Positions 1 through 9,726 of a DNA stretch of 64,000 bases are shown one piece after another. The number at the start of each line of letters is the position of its first letter. Positions within the stretch are counted from its first letter, which is position 1. A program made the translations under genes and the position numbers. Origin of the DNA: Schizochytrium sp. TIO01 (taxonomy: Eukaryota > Protista > Bigyra: Labyrinthulomycetes); the NCBI GenBank assembly GCA_004764695.1, contig SMSO01000032.1:2666001-2730000 (forward strand), in the 5' to 3' direction. The notes under the pieces are model-generated. The model worked only from the letters and a program-made list of their open reading frames with translations, had not been told where the DNA came from and searched no databases.

Positions 1-368
1 CACTGTCGCATCTTATTTCCCAAGATCATTTGCATATACAGCAAGAGAGTCCCCCGTCATGAATCCGTTGGAGGTGTGTACTCCTACGAGGATATAGAAG
101 TAAGGCTAGAACTACTTACGTAGAACTCTCAAACCTACGGATGCGGCTCATTCCTGACATACGCTTGGAGTTGCGTGAGCGTTAATGAAGAAGTTTGTAC
201 ACATTTCCGGAGTAAAGACTTCTTGTGACTAGCGTGCGACGAGCCTTGATACCTTGGTACACGCGGAGGTCGCAGGTAGCGGTTGCCGGGTGGCTTGGCC
301 AAGCGCACGGCTAACGCACAGACCAACTTAAAGAACCCAGTGGATAAGAAAATTGCACAGAGCGGAAG

Positions 369-3300
369 ATGGTGAGCATGCTATCTCCGGGCAAAAGGCG
401 TCGCTCACGGCGCGCTGTAGCTGCCACACCAGGTCCTGATAAGCACGAAAGTTTGAAGAATAAATCATCCTCAAGCACGTCATCGACATCGGACGAAAAG
501 GCTGATACTGCTTCATTTGCGAAAACAAGTGCCCAGGATGGGAAACAGGGCACCAAGAACACGCAGAAAAGCAAAGCTAGAGAACCTGACGAAACGAAAC
601 AAGAGATTTACTCGCCAACCTCTGAAGCAACTGAGATATGTTTTCATGAGGATGATGAAGAGGAGAATGATGAGGAGGATTCCACAAATGTTGAGTCATC
701 CGGTGGCGATGCCGTGCTTGAGACATTAGAGCGAAAGAAAGACATTTTTGACCAGCTATGGAAAGGTATTGCGGAATTACAGAATGGTGAAGGTCAGTCA
801 GCAAATGCTTGGAAAGAAAAACTACGTGAACTCAGCGAGGCTAAGAAGAGGATAACCACATTAAAACACGATAATGAGGCTCTTCGAAAAGATAAATCTG
901 CGCTCGGTGCCGAGCGAGATCGTTTAGTATCTGAGACATCGCATCGGGAGAAGCAGAACACTCGTCTCACACTAGAGTTGTCAGAGCACCGTGAATCTGC
1001 TCAACGTATTATCCGCGAGCTTGAAGAGTCGCGAAAATCTGTACAGGCTCAATACAAGGATCTTAAGAACGAAGAAGAGACATTAAGACTGATTGCTGAA
1101 AAGAGAGCAGCTGACCTAAAAGAAACGAAGCGGCAAGCTGAGCTGCTCGGTTCAGAACTCAAAGACAGGGAGACACAATTAGCAGCCCTTGAGCCTGCAC
1201 GTATTAAACTTGAGGAGAAGGTAGCTCTGTTGCAAACACAGATCGAAACGCAACAAAAGAGTCACGAAGAAACTACGTCGCATCTGGCAGAATTGAGTCA
1301 AGAAAATTGGAGCCTGAAAGATAAAATTAAAAGCTTAGAAAATGATATTGAGAGCTCTCAAAAGGAGGTCGAGGAAACCAAAGCGTCATTGACTACAATA
1401 AAATCTGAGCATGATGAGACTCTGCAAGCTTTGCAAACTTCGCATGACGATCTTGCCGGGAAACTTAAGCGAACAGAGGAAAGAGCAGCAGAGTCACGTG
1501 AAGCTGCCGAGGAACACCAGAAGAAATTAGCAGAGCATGTCAAAACCTTGCAAGAACAACTTGGTTCAGCACAGGTTGAGTCCCAAGCTGCTCGCGCCCA
1601 ACTTCAAACAGTAGAGGCATCGATCCGTTCAACTAAAGATGATTGCGATTCGCAACTAGAGAAGATGCGCAACGCAATGCGACAAGTTCAAGACAAACAC
1701 TTGCAAGATGTAATTCGCTTCGACGATCAAAGAAAGAAACTAGAGGCTCAACTTGTTACAGAAGAAGCCCGCGTGGAGGAGCTGAACAAAGACTTCAAGA
1801 CAGCTAAAGAAGCGCTTGCTGCCGTGGAAGCATTGCGAGCAAGCGATCTGAAAGAGAGAGAAACATGGACTGCTGGAGTAGAAAAGGAATATGAAGCCAA
1901 GGTCACGGCTCTACTTGCTGAACACGCTACAGAAATTAACGATCTCAAAACTAAACTTGCCGAAGCCAAGGCGGCGATTCGAAACGAAGCACGCGAAGCC
2001 CAGCGTTACAAAAATACGTTGGCAAAAGCTGCAAAAGAAGAGCACGATCGTTTGGCAAAGCAAATTCACAAGGTTCGGCATGAACTTCAACAGGCACACA
2101 GCAAGCTAGAAAATTCTGAAAAGGCAAGACTTGCAGCGGAAGCAAATTCTAAAACAGTTTCGGCTCAGCGCGAACTTCTTGAAAAGGAGTTTGCTTCGCG
2201 AGAGCAAGAGCTTCAACGAACGTTAGTCGAAACCCAGCATTTGGTTTCCACAAAGGAGAACTCCCATGCGCAAGAATGTGATCGTCTACGAGCTGACACG
2301 GAAAAGCAAAGATCGCATGTCAAAGCGTTGGAGCAGGAAAAGCGCGATCTGTTAATGGATTGCAAAAAGCTAAATGATGAAGTACAAAGTGCCACTGACC
2401 GCATGGAAGTTGCCAAGTCTCATGCTAGTGATCTTGAAGAAAAGAACACTTCCCTTCACACTGAAGTAGAGCGTCTGCGAAGGGAAATGCGAATGACAGA
2501 AGAGGAGTCCGAAAAGTCTCTAGAGAGTTTGCAGCAGGAAATTGACGAGCATGTTTCCAGCCGAGCGGCAGCTCTCGCCACTAGTGAAGCATTGCGAACC
2601 GAGCTTCGCAAAGCGCAAAAAGAGGCGGCTGAACGTGTTGCAGCATTTTCTGGCAAGGCATCTAAGCTTGAGGATGAAATGAATGAACTTCGCAATCAAC
2701 TTGAAGCAAAAAATGCAGAGCTTGAGAGTGTTCAACGCCAAGCAGCAGAAGATCGAATTGTCCTGGAACAATTGCAAGGGCAAAGTAATAAACTCAATGA
2801 TGCCCATGCACAAGAAGTTTCTGAACTTCTTGTGCAGCTTGAACGTCTCGAAAGAGAGGCATCTCTGTCACGTCAAAAGGCAGACGAAGAGAGTTCTCGA
2901 GCGGATAAGATGGCTTCGGAATTTCAAAGCCTTCAAGGCAATGAAAACAGTGCAATGGCAGAAGTGAAACGGCAAACACAGGTGATTCAAGGCATGGAGA
3001 AGGCTCGCCAGGAAACATTGGAACGTCTTACAGCGGAGCAAGAATCAATGCGTTTATTGAAAATTGAGCTGGGACGAAGGAAGCAAGATATGGCAGAAAC
3101 GCAGCAAGAGTTGGCTGCTGCACGAGCAGAAGTTGGAGATATTGATCGTAGACACCAATCCAGGGAGGTGCAACTAATGAAGGAGATGGACAAGCTTAAG
3201 GTCGAACTTCAAGATTTACGCACAGAAAAGGATCAGGCCAGAATAACGGAAAACACGCTTCAGGCACAGCTAAGTGCTCTTCGCGCTTCTTCAGACCAAA

Positions 3301-5093
3301 GCATGAAGAATTTTATGGACGAAACTAAAGCATTAGAGGCTGAACGTATGCAAACGATTGAGCACTTGCGTGCTTCTTTAAAAGAGGCTGAAAACAATTT
3401 ACTAGATGAGAAGGCTAACTTTAAACGTACATCGAAGAGAGCTACCGCTGATATCGAGACAAAGGCTGAGGAGATCTCACGCTTGCAAGCGGCACTCAAA
3501 GCAGCTCAAGAGAATGGAATCAATGTTTTGCAAGAGCTCGAAGAGAAAACCGCACAATATGACAGCCTTACTGAAGACTTTCAGACTGTGGGGAAATCCC
3601 TTCAGGGTCTTGAAAAGAAATTGGCACTTGCAGAAAAGGCAAAGGTGATAACTCAAAGTCAGCTTGACGAGGAGAAAGCAACAAATGCAGAGCTTCGCGC
3701 GCAGCTCCAGAGTACGGAGAATGATGTGCGTGCACAGCTACGCTCTGAAGCAGAAGCTCATGTCGCTACTAAGAAGAGTTTAACGACTGTCACTCAAGAG
3801 AAGGAGTGGCTCGAGAATGAGACGAATATTAAGATTTCCGCTCTGAATAGACAGATCCAGAATCTCGAGGGCGACTTACGACGTGCAAAAGAAAATGCAG
3901 AAACTGAAAGCGTGAAACATGCGCAAGAGCTAAAAGAGCATGAATTATTCCGCGAGACTGCAAACAAAGCACTCTCCGAACTTCGTGATACTCAATCGAA
4001 GGACGATGATAGTTTACGCCAACAAGTAGAAGAAGCTCACTCAACCGCTGACCAAGCTGCACAGCTTTGTTCTCAAATGGAGCAGGAGCGTACAGAGCTA
4101 CATCGCCGCTTGCAGGAAGTGTCCTCAGAGTTGGAACTTGCTAACTCGAGCCAAGATGATCTCCGTACCGAACACGAGCAGATGGTGCAGAACTATCGCG
4201 AGCTAACAGCTGTTAAACGTAAGCTCGAGAACCAGAACAAAAAGCTACAGCTGCAGCTTGACGCGACCTCAAATGTTAAACCCCAAGCTATATCTGCGAA
4301 ACAAAACACTAGCGAGCTAGTCTTGAAAGCTGAAAAAGAGGGTTATGAAATGGCAAAGAAGGAATATCAGGCACTCGTAGCTCGTATGGAGCGCGACCAT
4401 AGCCTTGAGCTTGATCGTTTGCGCCAGCAAGTCGAGCGACGCGATTCGTTTACATCATCTCGGCCAGTGTCTCCTTTCTCAGCTGCAACATCAGCTTCTG
4501 CAAATGCACATTCAGTGTCAGGCACGGCGATGACAACTTCAATTACAGGAGCTTCCCTAAGAGGCGATAGTATTTCAATTGCAAACTCGTCGCGAACTGG
4601 TTCCGCATCGACTTCTGGACCAAGTGAGCTCGCTATTGACGATGATGAATACTTTTCAGCTGGGCCACGCGCACCAGCAGCCACTGTGCAAGCTGACTCA
4701 AGCGAGAGCATCTCAAACGGATTAATCGGAGACTCTGATGATTCGATCATGGAAACAGCTAAGTTTCTTCAAAGTCGTCGTTCGAAATCAGCTGATCAGA
4801 ATGAGGATCTTACTCATACGAAAGGAGAACCAGGTTTCTCAGATATTTCAGGTGGTGAAGGACCTCTTTCAGTAGGTCTCCCACCTAGGGCAAAGAGTTC
4901 AACGAATCTTCGTCTACCCCCCGCCAAAGGTGCTCTTCCCAGCCCTGTAAAGCGCAACACAATCGACTCCGTCTCAACTCTTAAGAAGCAAATGGATACA
5001 TCCCAGTCAAGTAAATCCCTTAAAGCCACATCTACCAATAAGAATTCTAAAGCAGGAGGCTCAAAGCGCACGACAACCAAGAAGCGCAAGTAA
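369..5093 (+). CDS. Large coiled-coil protein (1574 aa) with head-rod-tail layout and basic NLS-like ends
   Basis: Single ATG-initiated ORF with an in-frame TAA upstream at 345. About 1230 aa of E/K/Q/L/A-rich heptad sequence, flanked by S/T-rich disordered ends. KRRRSRR at the N-terminus and KRTTTKKRK at the C-terminus. Confidence 0.9.
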   Translation: MVSMLSPGKRRRSRRAVAATPGPDKHESLKNKSSSSTSSTSDEKADTASFAKTSAQDGKQGTKNTQKSKAREPDETKQEIYSPTSEATEICFHEDDEEENDEEDSTNVESSGGDAVLETLERKKDIFDQLWKGIAELQNGEGQSANAWKEKLRELSEAKKRITTLKHDNEALRKDKSALGAERDRLVSETSHREKQNTRLTLELSEHRESAQRIIRELEESRKSVQAQYKDLKNEEETLRLIAEKRAADLKETKRQAELLGSELKDRETQLAALEPARIKLEEKVALLQTQIETQQKSHEETTSHLAELSQENWSLKDKIKSLENDIESSQKEVEETKASLTTIKSEHDETLQALQTSHDDLAGKLKRTEERAAESREAAEEHQKKLAEHVKTLQEQLGSAQVESQAARAQLQTVEASIRSTKDDCDSQLEKMRNAMRQVQDKHLQDVIRFDDQRKKLEAQLVTEEARVEELNKDFKTAKEALAAVEALRASDLKERETWTAGVEKEYEAKVTALLAEHATEINDLKTKLAEAKAAIRNEAREAQRYKNTLAKAAKEEHDRLAKQIHKVRHELQQAHSKLENSEKARLAAEANSKTVSAQRELLEKEFASREQELQRTLVETQHLVSTKENSHAQECDRLRADTEKQRSHVKALEQEKRDLLMDCKKLNDEVQSATDRMEVAKSHASDLEEKNTSLHTEVERLRREMRMTEEESEKSLESLQQEIDEHVSSRAAALATSEALRTELRKAQKEAAERVAAFSGKASKLEDEMNELRNQLEAKNAELESVQRQAAEDRIVLEQLQGQSNKLNDAHAQEVSELLVQLERLEREASLSRQKADEESSRADKMASEFQSLQGNENSAMAEVKRQTQVIQGMEKARQETLERLTAEQESMRLLKIELGRRKQDMAETQQELAAARAEVGDIDRRHQSREVQLMKEMDKLKVELQDLRTEKDQARITENTLQAQLSALRASSDQSMKNFMDETKALEAERMQTIEHLRASLKEAENNLLDEKANFKRTSKRATADIETKAEEISRLQAALKAAQENGINVLQELEEKTAQYDSLTEDFQTVGKSLQGLEKKLALAEKAKVITQSQLDEEKATNAELRAQLQSTENDVRAQLRSEAEAHVATKKSLTTVTQEKEWLENETNIKISALNRQIQNLEGDLRRAKENAETESVKHAQELKEHELFRETANKALSELRDTQSKDDDSLRQQVEEAHSTADQAAQLCSQMEQERTELHRRLQEVSSELELANSSQDDLRTEHEQMVQNYRELTAVKRKLENQNKKLQLQLDATSNVKPQAISAKQNTSELVLKAEKEGYEMAKKEYQALVARMERDHSLELDRLRQQVERRDSFTSSRPVSPFSAATSASANAHSVSGTAMTTSITGASLRGDSISIANSSRTGSASTSGPSELAIDDDEYFSAGPRAPAATVQADSSESISNGLIGDSDDSIMETAKFLQSRRSKSADQNEDLTHTKGEPGFSDISGGEGPLSVGLPPRAKSSTNLRLPPAKGALPSPVKRNTIDSVSTLKKQMDTSQSSKSLKATSTNKNSKAGGSKRTTTKKRK

Positions 5094-5420
5094 GCTCCAG
5101 CGAGACTAGTACCTGTCATATCTCGTTCAGTATAGTGCTTTTCCTTTTTTTTTGTGGTATTTTGTCTCATGGTCCATATAAAACAGTGATCTTCAGATTT
5201 TAGGGGAGGCAAACAAACAGGAACACTGCACCTAAATCTCTCTCTCTGGAACTTTCTTGAGTTCTTTCCGAAGATGAAGACATCGAAATGCTGCAGCAAG
5301 TTTACAAGCTTCCCGGAGTGTGCACTCAAATGAAAAAAACAACAGATGATATAGGCAAATGTGAGCTTCTTTACTGAAACTAGGACTTTCGATCGTATAT
5401 ATGTTTTCTAGCTATTGTTA

Positions 5421-6644
5421 TTATTTTTTGCCCTTTCCTAACAACATGTATCCTACAGCAGCAATACTAGCGACCACCGCCAGGCCACCAGCAAGGTACA
5501 ACACAGATTGGTCGTTCTGCTTTTCATCCAACTCAACTTCCTTAGCATGGAGCTGGTGATCCACCGGACTTTCATTGGTTGTGATGGCCTCAGATTTCGC
5601 GGCAGGCTCTTCTTGCTTCTGCTGTTTCTGTTGCTTATTGGCCTCAGGTACTGGAGTGGCAGAACTGCCGCCGTTGCTCTCTTCAGCTGACGCTTTCGGA
5701 GACGCGTTAGACTTAAACATGCCTCCAAACATCTTGCGTTCCTTCGCCGCGTTGGCAGCTAGCTCCTTGCGGATGGACTCGACCTCAGCACGAAGCTCGG
5801 TGTTTGAAGGATCAACCTCCAGCGCCATTTCAAGATCTCTGCTTGCATCAGAAAAGTTGCCTCGCAGTTTCTGTGCCTTGGCTCTAAAAAAGAGTGCTTT
5901 GATGTTCTTGGCATTGAGCTGAAGTGCTTCAGAAGCGCTGTGGACGGCCTCAGGAAACATACCTTGGCGCACCTGGGCGATGGAGAGGTTCTGGAACAAG
6001 GTGCTCATGAGCTTATCACAGTCAGGCTTGATTTCCTCATCTGCAACCTGCCGGGCGTAAATGAGAGCAAGCTCGTAGTCTGTAATGGCATCTTTAAAAG
6101 CGTGAAGCTTAAATTTCTGGTTGCCCTTTTCCTTGTGCTCCAGTGCGGCCTCGAACTTGTCCTGGTTGGTCATCTCATACAATTTCTTCTTCCAGCGAAC
6201 GGAGTTCTCAGAGACATACGCAATGCCGCCGTGGTTAAGTTTAACGACGTACGGCGTGGGGCTGTTGGAACGAATATCTTTGACGAATCCAACACCATAG
6301 GGAGTGAAGACATTGGAGCCTACGGGAGCCATTTGAGAAGTTGTGCTCGTCTCGACCTCAGAAGTTTCAGAGGAGCTCGCAGCACCATTCCCCAGGGTAG
6401 AATCTTGTTCAGAGGAAGATTTTTTCGTCTCTGAGGAGGTCTCTGGAGCGTGAGTGGTTGCAGAGCTCAGTTCGTTTGAAGCAGAGCTGATATTTTTGTC
6501 ATCAGCGATTGGCATCCTTGAACTGGCATCCACAAACCTAGATGACCTTGTTAAAGGCGAGGGAGAGCTAGCAGGTGGGGTCATATCGCTCAGAGCCACT
6601 GCAGCGAACAGCGCAGCGCGCGCGGAACCTTCTTCGAGAGCCAT
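5421..6644 (-). CDS. Tail-anchored TPR (Hsp70/Hsp90 carboxylate-clamp) protein
   Basis: Three TPRs with clamp residues (KEKGN, FQN, KALFFR) and a C-terminal hydrophobic helix (VLYLAGGLAVVASIAAVGYMLL) followed by GKGKK. The track start at 6740 is TTG; candidate ATGs are 6644, 6584 and 6515, so the true start is uncertain. Confidence 0.85.
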   Translation of the reverse strand: MALEEGSARAALFAAVALSDMTPPASSPSPLTRSSRFVDASSRMPIADDKNISSASNELSSATTHAPETSSETKKSSSEQDSTLGNGAASSSETSEVETSTTSQMAPVGSNVFTPYGVGFVKDIRSNSPTPYVVKLNHGGIAYVSENSVRWKKKLYEMTNQDKFEAALEHKEKGNQKFKLHAFKDAITDYELALIYARQVADEEIKPDCDKLMSTLFQNLSIAQVRQGMFPEAVHSASEALQLNAKNIKALFFRAKAQKLRGNFSDASRDLEMALEVDPSNTELRAEVESIRKELAANAAKERKMFGGMFKSNASPKASAEESNGGSSATPVPEANKQQKQQKQEEPAAKSEAITTNESPVDHQLHAKEVELDEKQNDQSVLYLAGGLAVVASIAAVGYMLLGKGKK

Positions 6645-7666
6645 ACTTGCGAGCCAAAGAAGAACTGGGCTTCTCGCCGCAGCTTTAGATCGGGATTTGC
6701 AAGCTTCGAGAGGCACCCCGCTAAGTTCCAAACGTTCCAAAAGAGCTCAAAGTTAATTAGGTTCTATGACATCTCAATGTTCCAGACATTCTTCGAGCTT
6801 CCTTTCAACGGACACATGTGAAAGTATTAGTGCAAGTAAATCATTTCATAAGGAACGAGGAGTGCTGCGTTAGTTACAAATAAACTTATTTTATCTTTAA
6901 AAGTCTGTTGTGCTCAAGGCATTGTTGGCTATAGATTATCGTGTGCGGTTTTATTTTGATTTTATTCAAGGTGTGGAGTCTCGCATTATATGCGCAGTTT
7001 TTTTTTCTTCTGAAATTTAATAAGTGTTGACGATTCTTCACTATTTCTTTTTGGCTTTCGAAGGAGACATGGTATGACTTGTAGTAAATTTTGTTCATCA
7101 AATTTTTGATAAAAGACAAGAAAGGGTGACGACCCAGAGATGCACACGAATGAGCACAAAGGGGTGGTATTCAGAATGAGGAGCGTATGCACCATTTGTG
7201 CTGTAACAGTAAGTATTGGTACATATGTGGAACATACTATTTATGTTTATATGTAATGCCTGCTGGGCCACTTTCTAAAAAAACTAAAGTAAGAGAAAAA
7301 GTGTCAATTCTTTGCAACACTTGCACCATAGTGCCCCGCTTGAAAAGGTCGCCAGTGATCGTTACAGACCCTCTCCCTAAATGAGATGGCATAACAATTT
7401 TTGGGTGTGAACGTTATATAGAGTAAAACTCCTGGTACACGAACAATTAACATGAGAGGAGATCGTAAGAAGCATAACAAAATCAAATTGCATGGAGTGG
7501 AGCTAGCGTGGCTGCTCTAAGCAAACGACGAGGGCTTCAGGGCTGTCCTGAAGCTAGTTAAATTGAATACGGGGTTCAAGCCAGTGACCTTATTGCCTTT
7601 CCCCGGGAAAAGTAGGGCAGTGTCAAGACAGGAAAAGTTGAAAGCCTGTTTGCAGACCGAAGCAGT

Positions 7667-9325
7667 ATGACAAGTTTGTGGTGCAGAACCTCAGGCTCGT
7701 GCTGCTATTCATGGGTCCTTGTCGCATGGCTTTGCGCGAACTTTGCAACAAGTGCCCACGGTGGGCTTTCTTCTGGATACTATAGTGGATCAGAGTCTTG
7801 GGTCTTCTTGGACCGTTTTTGTTTTGATGCTGGCAACAATTTCCTGGAAGGGGAGTTTCTGTTCCCGTCGTCTAATCGGCCTTCGCTGATGCTTTATTTT
7901 CGCGACCAACGTGGAGACACGCAGTTCGGAAGCTGGGAAACAGTGTATAATAGTAATTTAAATTGTTCTGAGCGATATGAGATCGCAGCAAATTCTTCTG
8001 GTGTCGTTCTCAATCTTTCACAAATAGGCTTTTTCAGCAGCTACGAAACGATTGATGGAGTGACGTATACCCGATCAAAGATCGGCACCAAAGTTGTGAC
8101 TAGTCGCAGCAGGTATTTTTTCATTGCAGTTGGAAATTGTGAACCAAATTGTGATTCTACCTTTTGCGAAGAGGGTGTTGAGCTGTACTGGAGCTTCAAT
8201 TTTACAAATGGTAATGAAGCCAACTTTTACTTTGGGGCGGATCAGTCTGGTATGTGGGAAACTTCAATAGCATTCTTCACGTTGTATATTGTGTTCATGT
8301 TCAATGGACGCAGAGTGAGGAGCTTGTTGCTCAAAGAACGAAAATATCACGTAACCGTGAAGCTGCTAATGTTTTCTATATTTTGCACGCAAGCGCGCTT
8401 GTTTTGTGACATGATTGTGTATACTGTGTATCGCAATAACGGCAAGAATCCCCCCCCTGTGTTTGAGGGCTTTGGATTAGTTTTTGCAGGCTTAGCTGAG
8501 CTCACACTAATTTTAATGCTCATGCTTATCATGAAGGGTTGGACCATTGTACGCCGGAAGATATCTGGCAATGGAAGGATGCGCTTAACCATATTTCTTA
8601 CAGTGTACATGGCTGCTTACTTTACATGCGTCCTTTTCTACAAAACTGGCGTGGACCCTGCAGATGTTGTTTACATGTATGATACCTGGCCAGGATACAT
8701 CCTCATCATTCTCCGTTTCTTTTTACTTGTTTGGTTGTGGCGAGCAAACAGAATCACACTTGCAAAGTACAATTCTAAGATTGGTTTCTACCGCAAATTT
8801 ATGATTTTTGCTTCGTTATGGACGATCTGCCTTCCCGTGTTGGCCTTTCTTAACTATGCAATCGATGAATATTTTCGTGCCAAGTTGTTATATGCTCTAG
8901 AACTTGGCATTTTAGCAGTTACTCATGCTACGTTCATTATCCTCTATAACCCTAACTTTGGGACCTCGTTCCCGTTTCATGCTACAACATCATCGATGTT
9001 GCATGGAGCAACTAAGTCGGCGAACAGCTCCAATCTTTCTGAGATTCACTTGCGACAGGCCACTGAAATCAGCCATCGCATTAAATATGGTATCAATGTC
9101 TTACAAAATTTCGCACGAGACCTCAGTGTGTTTTTAGAGGAAATTGATCCCTCTGAAGAGGACTTGATTGACAAAGATGAAGATTTGCCTGGTGCTCTGA
9201 GTGCTGTGGTGGCGGCTCAGAAACCGGCAACGCCATCGTCATTATTTGGATCTAAGAAGGACAAGCGAAAGCTTCCTGGCGTACAACCTCGCCCCCCAGA
9301 AAAGGACCTTTATCCTGAAAAGTAA
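7667..9325 (+). CDS. TMEM145/GPR180-like seven-transmembrane protein
   Basis: Signal peptide. Luminal domain with WVFLDRFCF, RSRYFFIAVGNC and FTNG...FGADQSG, matching the family pattern. About 7 hydrophobic segments including the MKGWTI motif. Confidence 0.85.
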   Translation: MTSLWCRTSGSCCYSWVLVAWLCANFATSAHGGLSSGYYSGSESWVFLDRFCFDAGNNFLEGEFLFPSSNRPSLMLYFRDQRGDTQFGSWETVYNSNLNCSERYEIAANSSGVVLNLSQIGFFSSYETIDGVTYTRSKIGTKVVTSRSRYFFIAVGNCEPNCDSTFCEEGVELYWSFNFTNGNEANFYFGADQSGMWETSIAFFTLYIVFMFNGRRVRSLLLKERKYHVTVKLLMFSIFCTQARLFCDMIVYTVYRNNGKNPPPVFEGFGLVFAGLAELTLILMLMLIMKGWTIVRRKISGNGRMRLTIFLTVYMAAYFTCVLFYKTGVDPADVVYMYDTWPGYILIILRFFLLVWLWRANRITLAKYNSKIGFYRKFMIFASLWTICLPVLAFLNYAIDEYFRAKLLYALELGILAVTHATFIILYNPNFGTSFPFHATTSSMLHGATKSANSSNLSEIHLRQATEISHRIKYGINVLQNFARDLSVFLEEIDPSEEDLIDKDEDLPGALSAVVAAQKPATPSSLFGSKKDKRKLPGVQPRPPEKDLYPEK

Positions 9326-9726
9326 TCGTAAATACGATGCTTTTTTGCTCTTCGACATACTAGCCTGAATAATTATAAAACAAACGTAGTTTCTATCTCG
9401 CTTCAGGTCAAAATTTACAATACGAAAGAGGCCCCCTAGTATTTTGCAATGACTCGGATATTAAAAAAAAAATCAATGACATCAATTTACTGGTTCTATA
9501 GTAGGAAAGTAATGAATTTAGGCGAAGATGCGGTAGCGTTTTGCCACCAGCAGGTGTACCTGTAGTTTATAAGGAAAGATTTAAAGATAGTTCATGTGCA
9601 AGTGATCACACACAAATATTCATTCACAAGTCTTCATCAGCTTGTGAAACAAAGAGACATAAAATGACAACAGGAGGAAGGTGTGGAGTATAGTAAATAG
9701 CGGACTGAATTGTACTGGGTCGAACT

